Assembly: GCA_963815115.1 (NCBI GenBank)
Contig: CAWFFN010000007.1
Coordinates: 1,173,147 to 1,237,146 of the forward strand
Direction: 5' to 3'
Length of the DNA stretch: 64,000 nucleotides
Source of the DNA: an uncultured delta proteobacterium
GTDB taxonomy: Bacteria; Desulfobacterota; Binatia; DP-6
The translations under genes and the position numbers were made by a program. Shown here in pieces: positions 38,330 to 49,000 of this stretch (position 1 is its first letter; the number at the start of each line of letters is the position of its first letter). The notes beneath the pieces were generated by a model. That model was given only the letters and a program-made list of their open reading frames with translations, had not been told where the DNA came from and did no database searches.

Positions 38330-38752
38330 GTGGCCACGGATCCCCTGTTCGCGTCACTGGTCCTGAGTGCCCTAGGCTGCCTGGCGATCCTGGGCATCGG
38401 TCGGGCGCTGATGCTGTCAGCCCGCGGTGCCGGATCATCGCCATCGACCGAGAACGCACAGATCGACCGCGATCGGCCGGGCGCATTGGTGACCGGGGGC
38501 ATCTTCGGCCGCAGCCGCAACCCAGTGTATCTGGGCCTCGCCCTGCTGGCGTTCGGAGTGTTCCTCGTCCTGGGACCGCTCGTGCTCTTGTTGCTGGCGA
38601 TCGTCTTCCTGGTCTACTTCCAGGTCCTGATCCGCCGCGGAGAACGGTTCTTGGCCGAACACTACGGTAATGCCTACCGGGAGTACGCCCGGTCTGTCGG
38701 CCGGTGGTGGACGTGGCGGCTGGGCGACGGTGCTCGGCGGACGAAGACATGA
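38330..38752 (+). CDS. Isoprenylcysteine/phospholipid methyltransferase-like membrane protein (internally shortened)
   Basis: LVTGGIFGRSRNPVYLG, IRRGERFLAEHYGNAYREYARSVGRW. Confidence 0.6.
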   Translation: MATDPLFASLVLSALGCLAILGIGRALMLSARGAGSSPSTENAQIDRDRPGALVTGGIFGRSRNPVYLGLALLAFGVFLVLGPLVLLLLAIVFLVYFQVLIRRGERFLAEHYGNAYREYARSVGRWWTWRLGDGARRTKT

Positions 38753-38804
38753 AGAGCTCCGTATACTCGAATCGCCTGCAGGAGGTCGGCGAATGGAGGA
38801 CGCC

Positions 38805-39623
38805 ATGCAGTTCGACACAATCGGGGTGACGTGCGATGGGCCGCTGGGGCGTCTGATGCTGGCGCGGCCCGACCGCCTCAACGCGATGGGCGCTGCGATG
38901 CTTCAAGAACTGGCCGAAGCCGCCCACTGGTTCGATCGCCAGCCGGAGGTGCGCGTGGTCATCATCAGCGGCGCGGGCCGCGCGTTCAGCGCCGGCGCGG
39001 ACCTCCAAGATCGGCCGATCGCCGCGGCGGCGCCGGAGTCCGGGAACGCCTGGGGGATGCGTCGAGAAGTCGGCCAGTACGGGCTCCGTATGGCGGACGC
39101 CATCGAGCAGATGCGGCCGATCACCATCGCACAAGTGCACGGTTACGCCGTCGGCGGCGGGTTGGTGCTGATGGCTGCCTGCGATCTTCGCGTGGCGGCG
39201 GAGGACACGGTCTTCTCGATTCCGGAGATCGAGCTCGGTATTCCTCTCGCGTGGGGAGGCATCCCGCGACTGGTGCGTGAGATCGGGCCGGCGCTGACGA
39301 AAGAGTTGGTGATCACCTGCCGCCGCTTCACGGCAGCCGAGGCCAAGGCGGCGGGGCTGATCAATCGCGTCGTGCCTGCGGCCCAGCTCCACGCCGAGGT
39401 GGAGACGTTGGCGCGCACAGTGATCGAGAAGCCACCGGTGCCCGTGACCATCACCAAGGAACACGTCAACGCCATCGCACGCGCGATGAGCGCCGGCTTG
39501 ACCGGGTTCGCCGACGGCGACATGCTACTCGGTGTCGCGTCTGATCCAGAATCGCGTGCCGCCGCAATCGCGTACATGGAACGCTGGGTGAGGCGCAAGG
39601 GAACCGGGGAACGTTCGCCCTGA
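38805..39623 (+). CDS. Enoyl-CoA hydratase/isomerase
   Basis: RPDRLNAM, FSAGADL, GYAVGGG, ACDLRVA, FSIPEIELG. Confidence 0.9.
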   Translation: MQFDTIGVTCDGPLGRLMLARPDRLNAMGAAMLQELAEAAHWFDRQPEVRVVIISGAGRAFSAGADLQDRPIAAAAPESGNAWGMRREVGQYGLRMADAIEQMRPITIAQVHGYAVGGGLVLMAACDLRVAAEDTVFSIPEIELGIPLAWGGIPRLVREIGPALTKELVITCRRFTAAEAKAAGLINRVVPAAQLHAEVETLARTVIEKPPVPVTITKEHVNAIARAMSAGLTGFADGDMLLGVASDPESRAAAIAYMERWVRRKGTGERSP

Positions 39624-39682
39624 CAAGTGGGGCCGGCGTCCCTGCCGGTCCGTTGAGAACGCCAGTCTGTTCGGATGAAGCC

Positions 39683-39814
39683 ACTGCTCGAGCCGATCGG
39701 GCACATTCTTCCGGCGGAGTACGAGCAGGCGTACTACCCTACCGGGCTCACGAAACTCCAGCCATGGGGGCCGGAGTCATGTAACGAAGCCTCCGGAGAA
39801 CTCGGGGCGGTTCA
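39683..39814 (+). mobile_element. IS3-family remnant: transposase 3' end and right inverted repeat
   Basis: LLEPIGHILPAEYEQAYY, then GCCTCCGGAGAACTCGGGGCGGTTCA terminal IR. Confidence 0.75.
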
Positions 39815-39909
39815 GGAGACGACCTTCCGCGCCGGACGCCGGAGGTTCGTGACGATGAAGCCGATGCGCGGGTACAGCATCCCGGGATGCCACCCCACTT
39901 GCCCGTCCC

Positions 39910-41106
39910 TCAGATCACACCGTCGCGCGTGAGGCGCGCGAGCTCGGTCCCGTCGAGTCCGAGGATCTCGCCGTACACGTCGCGATTGTGCTCGCCGAGG
40001 AGCGGCGAGCGCGTCACCGTGGTCGGCGAATCGGCGAGCTTGACCGGGTTGCCCGGGACGTCGAGCGTGCCGCGTGTCGGGTGCTCGATCGTCGTGATCA
40101 TGCCGCGCGCGCGCAGGTGCGGGTTGGTGAGGATGTCGCGGGTGTCAAAGACGGCGCCGCAGGGGACGCCGTTCGCCGCCATCGCCTCCATGACGGTGAC
40201 CTTGTCGCGCGTACCGGTCCACTCCTCGATCATGGTGTGCAGCTCCGCCTGGTGGTGGTTGCGCCAGTTGACGTCGCCGTATTCGGGGTGACCGATCAGG
40301 TCGGCGCGGCCGATGGTCGTCAGCACGCCGTTCCACATCGCGGGGCTGTTGATCATCATGTACGCGTAGTCATTGTCGCCACCCGGCGCACACTTATAGA
40401 GGTCGCTCGGCGCGAGCACCGGGATGCGGTTGCCGCTGCGTATCGTCGGGTAGCCGGTGATGTAGTGGGCCAGCATCGACGGGCGCACGAAGTTGACGAC
40501 CGCCTCCTGCATCGAGACCTCGACGCGCTGCCCCCGGCCCGTCTGCAGGCGCTGGATGTACGCGGCGAGAATGCCGACCGCGCAGTGGACGCCGCTGCCC
40601 GTGTCGCCGAGCGTGATCCCGAGCTTGATCGGCGGCCCGCCGAGCTCGCCGTTCACGCTCATCGCGCCGCCGGTTGCCTGCGCGATCATGTCGAAGGCCT
40701 TGAAGGACGCGTACGGACCGCTGTCGCCGAAGCCGCGGATCGTCGCGTAGATGAGGTCGGGGTGGAGCGCGGACAGGGCGTCCCACCCGAGCCCCCACTT
40801 GTCGAGGGTGCCGAGCGTGAAGTTCTCGATGAGCACATCGAAGCGCGGCAGCATCTGCCGGAACAGCGCCCGGCCGCGCTCGTCCTTCAGGTTGAGCGTC
40901 ACGCTGCGCTTGTTCGCGTTCAGCAGCACGAAGTAATAGGCATCGGTGCAGGGGGTGTCGGGGATCATGCGGCGGCCTTGGTCGCCGCCGTCGGGGTTCT
41001 CCACCTTGACGACGTCGGCGCCGAGCCAGGCGAGGAGCTGCGTGCACGACGGACCCGCCTCGAACTGCGTGAGGTCGAGAATGCGTATGCCGGAGAGTGC
41101 GGCCAT
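39910..41106 (-). CDS. Family III CoA-transferase (formyl-CoA transferase-like)
   Basis: LSGIRILDLTQFEAGPSCTQLLAWLGADVVKVE, LNANKRSVTLNLK, DVLIENF, FDMIAQATGG, SPLLGEH. Confidence 0.92.
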   Translation of the reverse strand: MAALSGIRILDLTQFEAGPSCTQLLAWLGADVVKVENPDGGDQGRRMIPDTPCTDAYYFVLLNANKRSVTLNLKDERGRALFRQMLPRFDVLIENFTLGTLDKWGLGWDALSALHPDLIYATIRGFGDSGPYASFKAFDMIAQATGGAMSVNGELGGPPIKLGITLGDTGSGVHCAVGILAAYIQRLQTGRGQRVEVSMQEAVVNFVRPSMLAHYITGYPTIRSGNRIPVLAPSDLYKCAPGGDNDYAYMMINSPAMWNGVLTTIGRADLIGHPEYGDVNWRNHHQAELHTMIEEWTGTRDKVTVMEAMAANGVPCGAVFDTRDILTNPHLRARGMITTIEHPTRGTLDVPGNPVKLADSPTTVTRSPLLGEHNRDVYGEILGLDGTELARLTRDGVI

Positions 41107-41349
41107 GGAGCACTTGCTCACCCATCTCCGCCTGACCGTCAAGCAGCAGACGCCTCTTGAGGAAACGATCAGGAAAAGGCAGCAAGGCGCGGGCTGAGAG
41201 CTGATCCCCGTCATGCTCCCATCGCTGAGACGCCCGAGACAGCCATGACCGGCTGCGCCGGCAGGACAGTCGTGTCATAGTCCCCGGAGCCGGCGCCCGG
41301 CCTACACCGCCGCGCCGGCCTCCGGCTTGCCAAAGCGAGGGAGACGCCG

Positions 41350-41832
41350 TACCCATTCTGACGAAGCTGAAGGACTTCCTCGACGCGAACCACGTCGTCT
41401 ACGAAGTCCGTTCGCACCAGCGCGCACTCACTGCCCAGGAGGTGGCCGCAGCCCAGCACGTCCGGGGGCGGGAGGTTGCGAAGGTGGTCATGCTGCGCGC
41501 CGGTGACGAGTACGTGATGGCCGTGCTGCCGGCGCCCTATCATGTCGACATCGCGCGCTTGGGCGACGCGACCGGGAAGCACGACCTCCGGCTCGCGACC
41601 GAGGCGCAATTCGCCGGACTCTTTCCGGGCTGCGAGCCGGGCGCCATGCCGCCGTTCGGAAACCTGTACGGGGTGCCGGTCTGGGTCGACAGATCGCTCA
41701 CGCAGGACGAGGACATCTTCTTCAACGCCGGCAATCACGAGCAGACGGACGGTTCATCTCTCCTACGCCGACTTCGCTCGTCTGGTGCAGCCGAGGATCG
41801 CGTCTTTCGGCATGGGGCTGCCAGTCGAGTGA
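41350..41832 (+). pseudogene. YbaK/EbsC deacylase (copy B; start codon lost, 4-nt duplication near 41745)
   Basis: Near-identical to 61232-61711; GTACCC in place of ATGCCG; GACGGACGG duplication. Confidence 0.8.
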
Positions 41833-42312
41833 GCGCGTTCGATTGAAAGGGAGGAGCGATGGCGAAAAGGAGCGGCCCGGTGAAGCGCCGGGCGATGGCG
41901 AAGAGGAGCGCGCCGGTAAAGCGCGGGGCGATGGCGAAGAGGAGCGCGCAGATGTCGCGGGAGGCACGGGCCGCCTATCGCGAGATCCGGAAGGGGCTCG
42001 ATCACGTGGCCCGGTCGATCAAGGAGATCCGGATTGGGCTGCGCAAGACCGAGCGGAGGATCGAGGCGGACGCCCGGAGACGGATTCGCGCGTTGCGCGC
42101 GGAGGCCCGGGCCCAGCTCGCGGTGTTGCAATCGCGGCAGGGCGAGGCGGCCCGCCGGCTCCGGCGGCTCGCGGACGCTGCCGGCGGCTCGTGGCAGGAG
42201 ATCAAGCAGGCGGCCGACCGCGCCCTGGCCGACGCGCGCACGGTTGCACAGTCCGTGGCGACCCGCTTCCAGGAGGCGCTCCAGAAGTGAGCCGCTTGAC
42301 TTGCTCCGGAAG
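41364..42312 (+). repeat. ~950-bp near-identical direct repeat of 61247-62191
   Basis: Direct comparison shows only scattered substitutions and indels. Confidence 0.9.
41859..42290 (+). CDS. Basic coiled-coil stress protein with N-terminal 12-aa repeats (copy B)
   Basis: MAKRSGPVKRRA-MAKRSAPVKRGA-MAKRSA; C-terminal GGSWQEIKQAADRA...ATRF resembles sll1863-like coiled-coil proteins. Confidence 0.75.
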   Translation: MAKRSGPVKRRAMAKRSAPVKRGAMAKRSAQMSREARAAYREIRKGLDHVARSIKEIRIGLRKTERRIEADARRRIRALRAEARAQLAVLQSRQGEAARRLRRLADAAGGSWQEIKQAADRALADARTVAQSVATRFQEALQK

Positions 42313-42329
42313 GTGAGCATCGAGCCCGC

Positions 42330-43124
42330 GTGAAGGCTGCTCTCGACAGTATCGCGCCGCCGGCGCGGGGCCTGTTGGTGCTCGAGGGACGCGCGTTGCT
42401 CGAGCTAGCCGCGCTGGGCCCTGCCTACCCGCTGCTCCGGCGGGCGCCACGGGGTGACGGCCATCCGGTGCTGGTCCTGCCGGGCCTGATGGCCAGCGAT
42501 TTCTCCACCGGCGCGCTGCGCAGCTTCCTGCGTGCGCGCGGCTACCGGACCCACGGCTGGAAGCTGGGTCGCAACCTCGGTCCGACACCGGAGCGCGCCG
42601 CCGGCATGGTCGCCCGGCTCGAGGAGCTGCATGCGCAGGAGGGCCGGCGCGTCAGCCTCATCGGCTGGAGCCTGGGAGGCATCGACGCGAGAGAGCTGGC
42701 CCGTCGCTTCCCGTCTCTGGTCCGTCAGGTGATCACCTTGGCGAGCCCGTTCCGCGACGTGGACGCAACCAACGTGCCCCGCTTCCTGCGCACCGCCGCA
42801 ACCCGCCGACCACTGCCCGACCAGGAGGCCATGCGCGCCCGGCTCTCGACGCCGCTGCCGGTGCCGTCGACGGCAATCTACAGCCGAAGCGACGCCATCG
42901 TCGCGTGGCAGAGCTGCCGGGAGGACGAGGGGCCGCTCAGCGAGAACATCGAGGTGGCGAGCAGCCACCTCGGGATCGGCCATCATCCGATCGTGCTGCT
43001 GACGATCGCGGATCGTCTCGCGCCGCCCGAGGGGGCGTGGCGGCCCTTCGCGCGGCCCCCGCGCGGGCGTTGGCCGCTGGTGCCGAGAACGAGCGGAGCG
43101 GAGGCATCGCCGCGAGCCCGATAG
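42330..43124 (+). CDS. Alpha/beta hydrolase
   Basis: GDGHPVLVLPGL, SLIGWSLGG, VITLASP, YSRSDAIVAW, SSHLG. Confidence 0.88.
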   Translation: MKAALDSIAPPARGLLVLEGRALLELAALGPAYPLLRRAPRGDGHPVLVLPGLMASDFSTGALRSFLRARGYRTHGWKLGRNLGPTPERAAGMVARLEELHAQEGRRVSLIGWSLGGIDARELARRFPSLVRQVITLASPFRDVDATNVPRFLRTAATRRPLPDQEAMRARLSTPLPVPSTAIYSRSDAIVAWQSCREDEGPLSENIEVASSHLGIGHHPIVLLTIADRLAPPEGAWRPFARPPRGRWPLVPRTSGAEASPRAR

Positions 43125-43206
43125 GCGCAAAGGGCGAATGGCTTCATTGTGCGCCCTAACTGACCGACGCACCTGCGAGGACCGCGCCGATTCCGATGCT
43201 CACATT

Positions 43207-44445
43207 TCAAGACGGCCTTCGCTTGTAGATCTGCCCCTCGCGCATGACAACGTGCACGCGGCCGGCATCCTGGAGCAGGGTGACGTCGTCGAGCGGCTGG
43301 CCGTCCACGAGGATCAGATCGGCGAGTTTTCCCTCTTCGACGCTTCCGATCCGATCGGCGAGCCCAAACAGGCGAGCGTTGGTTCGCGTCGCCGAGAGGA
43401 CCGCCTCGTGTGCCCCGAGGATCTTCGCCTTGAGGGACAGCTCCATCGCCTTGAACGGTTGCATCGAAGCGAGGACGTCGGAGCCCGAGCAGATCTGCAG
43501 CCCCGCTGCCCGCGCGACTTCGAGCGAGCGCAACCCGCCGGCCTTGGCCTTGTTGATCTTGGCGAGCATGTCGGCTCGCACACCCTGCGACTCACCAAAG
43601 GCGCTGATCAGCTCGTAGGTGGTGAGCGTGGGCACGAAGAAAGCGTCCGCGTTCTTCATCGCCGCAGCCGATTCCTCGTCGAGGAAGTTCGCGTGCTCGA
43701 TGCTGCGAACGCCCGCCTTCACCGCGTTCATAATGCCCCGTGGCGTATAGACGTGGGCGAGGGTGGTCTTCTCCCGCGCCGTCGCTTCGTAGGCGGCGGC
43801 CGCCATCTCCTCGATGGTGAACTGCGTCTGCTCCAGCTCGTCGGTGGGCGACATGCACCCGCCGCCGCCCATGATCTTGATCCCGTGTGCGCCAGTGCGC
43901 AGGATCTCGCGCGCAGCTCGCCGCATCTCGTCCGGCGAGTCACAGATGCGAGGCGGCGCGAAGAGACCATAGCTCCCCTCCACGGGGGCGTGACTGTGGT
44001 GTGGCTCGCGCCAGTCGCCGTGCCCGCCGGTCTGTGACAGACACGGACCGACGAAGAGGACGCGCGGACCACGGAGAAGCCCGCGCTCGATCGCCTGGGC
44101 AAAGCCCCAGTCGATGCCGAAGGCGTCACGGACGGTGGTGAAGCCGGCGTCGAGCGTCTGCTCGAGCACGTCCTTGATGCGCAGCGCCATCGTCGCTGGA
44201 GAGTCGCGACGCGCCTTGCCAGGATCCGTCTCGATAATGGCGCAGTGGACGTGGGCGTCGGTGAGACCCGGCATGAGCGTCCGCCCGCCGCAGTCGATGC
44301 GCTCGGCGTCGTGCGGCAGCTCGGATTCGCCACCGCGCACGACGCGCGCGATCCGATCGCCTTCGACGACCACCGTCGAACGCGCCGCCGGTTCGGCGCC
44401 GGTGCAGTCGAGTAGAGTGCAGTCGCGAAATGCGACGACGCTCAT
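43207..44445 (-). CDS. Metal-dependent amidohydrolase (prolidase-like)
   Basis: TLMPGLTDAHVH, GFTTVRD, SQTGGHGD, IKIM, LAHVY, SIEHAN, GSD, GKLADLILVDG. Confidence 0.92.
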   Translation of the reverse strand: MSVVAFRDCTLLDCTGAEPAARSTVVVEGDRIARVVRGGESELPHDAERIDCGGRTLMPGLTDAHVHCAIIETDPGKARRDSPATMALRIKDVLEQTLDAGFTTVRDAFGIDWGFAQAIERGLLRGPRVLFVGPCLSQTGGHGDWREPHHSHAPVEGSYGLFAPPRICDSPDEMRRAAREILRTGAHGIKIMGGGGCMSPTDELEQTQFTIEEMAAAAYEATAREKTTLAHVYTPRGIMNAVKAGVRSIEHANFLDEESAAAMKNADAFFVPTLTTYELISAFGESQGVRADMLAKINKAKAGGLRSLEVARAAGLQICSGSDVLASMQPFKAMELSLKAKILGAHEAVLSATRTNARLFGLADRIGSVEEGKLADLILVDGQPLDDVTLLQDAGRVHVVMREGQIYKRRPS

Positions 44446-44709
44446 CGGCGTTCACGAGTACGCCAACCAGTGCGCGCAGTGCAAACTCTGCGTTCGTCGT
44501 CGGCAGCGGTCGATGGTTCGCAACAGGGATGCTCGGCTGCGGCATCGTCCGCCCGTGCACGCTGCGGTCCAGCACGACGCAGCGTGTTCCGCCGGGCGCG
44601 GACGGGTGTCCCCGCACACGGGCGGGTCGGCGGGCGTGAGCCGCGCCGGTCGCCCGCCTCGCGGGTGCATTGACGCCACCGTCCCATCGGAAGGCGAAGG
44701 TCCAACGGA

Positions 44710-44888
44710 AGTCCGACGCGATTCGTCATAGCCCTTCCGAGCACGTCTCACGGGACTTCCTGTCGACAACGGTCAGCGGAGTGCTGCACCACTTGGAGGC
44801 GGAGGGGCTCGTTCAGCCGGAGCCTGAACAATGGCGCTCAAGCAGACCGCTGCACGCGCTCCGGCATACCTACGCGTGTGGTACTTGA
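44710..44888 (+). mobile_element. Tyrosine recombinase C-terminal fragment
   Basis: PLHALRHTYA (HxLRH box II). Confidence 0.55.
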
Positions 44889-45431
44889 GGCCGATTCGCC
44901 CAGTCCCTCGGTCTTCGCCGATGCCGAAGGCGTCCAGACTTCGTGGTGCCGGCGGCCGTCGGGGGACTACCTGGACGCGGACGCGGTCCTTCCCGCGATC
45001 CGAGTGACCACCTAGCCTCGTCGACGACGAGACCTGGCGCACGCGCCCGCGCAGTTGATCGCGGCCATGTGGTCGCGGACGTGGACCCCCTGAGCGGCCG
45101 ATAGCCAAGACGAGCGGCCTCCCCGTCCCTTCGCGCAGGGCCGCCTCACTCGAGGTCTGCGTCGTAGGAGTCGCAGGCGGGAAGCGACGGCTCGACCCGC
45201 AGCGATCGGAGCGTGCACCTTCCCCGGATGCGGTCGAATGAAGTGGACTTCTCCCGCACCCACCGCCGCCTCACCAAGTACGGCCGGGCGTTCTGATCGA
45301 GTTCATCGTCGGCTAAGGCGAGCAAGTCGTCGAGCGAGAGGCCGACCAGGTTGGGACTATCGAACGCCCCGATCGTGAACGTCGCCCACCCCGTGCGGTT
45401 CGTGGTGAAGGCATCGGGGTGAGCGGAACGA

Positions 45432-45772
45432 TCACCAGTGCGTGGCATCGCGCGGTGTCCTCTCGAGCGTGTCGCGGACGACCGTTTCGACCTGTGCATC
45501 AGTGATCCGCCGGGGCGCACCGGGCCGCGGTTCATCGAGCAAGCCCTCGAGCCGGCGCGCCACGAACCGCGCCCGCCATTTCCCCACCATCTGTTGCGTC
45601 ACACGTACGCGCGCCGTTGCAGCGGTGTTCGGCGCGCCGGTCGCGCACGCGAGCACGATGCGCGCCCGCTGCGCGAGCGCCTGCGCCGTCTTTGGCCAGC
45701 GCGCCCACTGCTCCAGCGTCTCGCGCACCGTCGCCATCACCAGCAGCTCGGCCTGCGGTCGCCCCGGCGTGT
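45432..45772 (-). mobile_element. IS630-family transposase N-terminal remnant
   Basis: GRPQAEL...AQALAQRARIVLACA...VGKWRARF...GLLDEPRPGAPRRITD...TLERTPRDATHW-stop. Confidence 0.85.
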
Positions 45773-46076
45773 TGAAGGACGCCGAGGCGGGGCAGATTGC
45801 CGCTCAGGGGTTGATGTCGGCCCACACGCCGGCCGCGTGGTCGGATGCGGCGCGACATTCGAGAAGGATATCCCCTTCAATCAGGACGCCACTGGTCACT
45901 TCCTCCTGAAGCCCGTCCAGATGGGGATATCGAGCTGCGGCCCGACGCTCATCGACCTCGTGTTCAAGACCACGGACTCGGACGGCATGTCCACCGTGGC
46001 GGTCCGGCGGGTGATCCTCGCGTTCCCCGCCTGCTGGGACGGGCAGAACCGCTGGAGCGGGTTCCCGGCACGGGTC

Positions 46077-49000
46077 TTACGCTACCGATACACCGTCGGC
46101 TTCGAACACCCTGCCGCCGCTTCGCTCGCGCTCCCAATGGCCCGGGCGCCCGGGCATGCGCGGCGCCTCGGTCCAGAAGAACGTGAAGCGATCGACGCCG
46201 GAGGGAAGAACGGCCTCGTAGCCCCCGTCCGGCCGGGGCGTGAGCGGAACGTTGTAGACCGGATCCCACCTCCCGTCCGCGTGGGCGACTCCAGCATGGA
46301 CGTAGCCGCTCCCGCTGACGCGTACCCGCAGGCGGCGGTCCGCCGGGAAGTGCTTGCGCTCGAACGTCCAGAGGGCCGTGTCGCCAACGTCTCGCGGGCA
46401 TTCCGGAAGCGTCGCCGCTCCGGACTCCTTCAGGGCGACGGTCGCCATGGCGATCAGATCGATGGTCCGGAGGTAGCCGCGATGCAGGTCTGTGATCGGC
46501 CGCCCGGGCGTCTCGAGCATCGCGCCGCCGACGTCGATGACGATGCCCACCCCCTCGGCCATCGCCCGGTCGATGCCGGCCGGCGCATCGGAGTTCCCGA
46601 CGTACGCGACCTCGTCGGGATCGAGCTCCGGAATCGAGGGGACGGATTTCTGCCTCGAGAGTCGCACCAGCGCGGCGAACCCCTCGGCCTTGGCGTTGCC
46701 CGCGCTCGTGGATACCAGCCGGAACGCGCCGTCCTGAAAGATGTACAGCTCGTTGCCGCCCGAGAGGACCAGGAGCACATTGGCGAGCAGACGCGAGCGG
46801 GGACCGAGCGCGACGATCAGAGGCCGCAGGAGACGGTAGTAGAACCAATCGAAGGGCGCTGCCGCATTGAAGACGAAGACGCCGCCCGCCGCGAGAAATT
46901 CCGCGAGCACCTCGATGACGCCGTGCTCGAGGTCACCCCCGCAGAACGCCGTCAGCATGTCGTCGAGGTCGGTCACGGTCGCGCATCGACCCGTCTTCCG
47001 GATCGTGACCAGGAACCCCTCGAGCGCGACGACCTGCGCCGGGGACAGGTCCAGCAGCAGGTCCTGCTGCATCTCTCCAGGCGATCTCCGCTGTTCGGAC
47101 GTCGCCGCCCGGAAGTAGGCGCCGAGCATCTGCGTGATGTGAGCCTCCCCCCACGGCTCCGGCGAGGTCTCGCCCTCCGTCGTCTCGTAAGCGAGGCGCA
47201 CGAACAGCGGTCCCACCTCGACGAGCCGTGCGGGTCCACCCGGCGTGACGGCCACCCAGCCGAAGTCCGTGAGGAGGAGGCCTCCGTTGCCAGTCCCATG
47301 CTGGCGGCCGACGTCGATCGCGATGTAGTCGCGTCGGAGCCACGAGCCGGGCGCGTAGCGGATCTCGCCGTTCTTGCTCGCGGTGTGCCCGATGATCTGG
47401 GGCAGCAGACTGTCGTGGTACCGGTAGTGGTCCACCTCGCCGAGATCGGGGGTGAAGATGCCCGCGGGCTCGTAGCCGACCTCGCCGGGAAGACGTGGCT
47501 CCCGCGCATGACTGGTCCCGGGGCGGAAGATCTCGTGGGGCAGGTCGCGGGTAGTGATCCGCTCTCGTTCGACGAGCGCGCAGCGCAACACGTCGTTCAC
47601 CCAGGACGCGATCTCGCTCGGGTCGCATGCGCCGCGCTCGCGCATCGCCATGTCGACGATGTTCGGAAGGATGCCGCCGTGGACGAACAGCTTGTCGTGG
47701 TCGAAGTACGCGGCGCGGACGACCAGCCCGGGATGTCGGTCGGGGTGGAGCGCCGCCTCCCTGATCGTCGGCCACAGGCGGTACCCGGGGGACCCCTCTC
47801 CGCCCTGACCGCCCTCCCCGTCCACGTAGAGATCGTGGTTGCCGAGCGTCCACACGATCCTCCCGCCGGCGGCGTGCGCCTGGCAGGCGAGGCGGTGGAT
47901 GAAGTCGAACACCTCCTGGAGATCTCGTCCGTGGCCCACGTCCCCGGTGAACACGAGCGTCCCGTCGCGTGCGAGCCACTGGTCCGACGAATCGATGAAG
48001 CCGAGGGCGCGCAGGACGTCCTTCAGCGCGTGCAGCTCACCGTGGACGTCTCCGACGACGCCCACCCGCTTCGTGCAGTGCTTGAGGAGGTCCGAGACGT
48101 CACGATGCGCCGCGACGGCCCTCTCGAGCCGCACGTCGTCCACGACGACGTCCTCCACCTCGAGGACGTGGACCTCGTATGGAGCCAGGCCGAAGGCGAA
48201 GCCACGGCGCGCGAGGTCCTCGCCGGAGCGGACATACGTCTCGCCCGTGAAGACGTCGTGCAGGTGATAGTGGATCGCCGGATCGTCCTGGACGTCCACT
48301 TCCGGCGGCAGGCGCAGCCGGCCCCAGTGCTTCACGAGCCTCGGCGCGCCGTCCGAGACGTTCGCGATCAGGACCAGCGGCCTCTCCCGATGGATCCTCA
48401 ACCCCGCCCGGAACTGCGCGAGCGGACGCTCGTCGTGTACGCCGAGGACGGGCAGCGGGCGGTCGTAGATCGCGTCGGACGCCGGCGGTTCGAGGATGGA
48501 GTGGAGCAGGCGGCCGAGCGGGTGTCTCGAGAGCGTCCAGAGCTGGACATGCAGGACGGTGTTGATGCCGTGGGAGCCTCGTTGCTGCCACGTCCGGTCG
48601 AAGCGACGGAGGCTGAAGTCCCCGTGGCCCTGCTGGATGCTGCCGGAGGCGACGTGGAAGTCGCGCACGATCTGCGCGGCTTCGGCGGCACTCTCGCGCG
48701 GAACGTCGGGCGAGGCGGTGGCGTTCTGCTCTACGCGCCAGAGGGCCCACCGGCTGCCGTCCCGCGCCGCCCGCAGGAGGTCCTCGAGCGAGCGTTGGTC
48801 GGTCGGGCATGCGGCCAGAGGATCCTGGACCTCCCGAGCGCCGCCGGCGACTTCGATCACGCCCATGTGCGGATCGAAGATCGTGAGTCGTTCCGCCGCT
48901 CCGGAGCCGATGAGGCCGACGTTCAGGATGGAGAAATCGAGGTGCGAGACACCGTACCGCCACAGGTCCTGCATGAACCGCGTGTAGCGCCCCTCCAGCT

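Noticed and set aside
45860-46075. FPACWDG motif suggestive of DUF1996
   Set aside because: Single short motif with no start or surrounding conserved context; at most another scrap.
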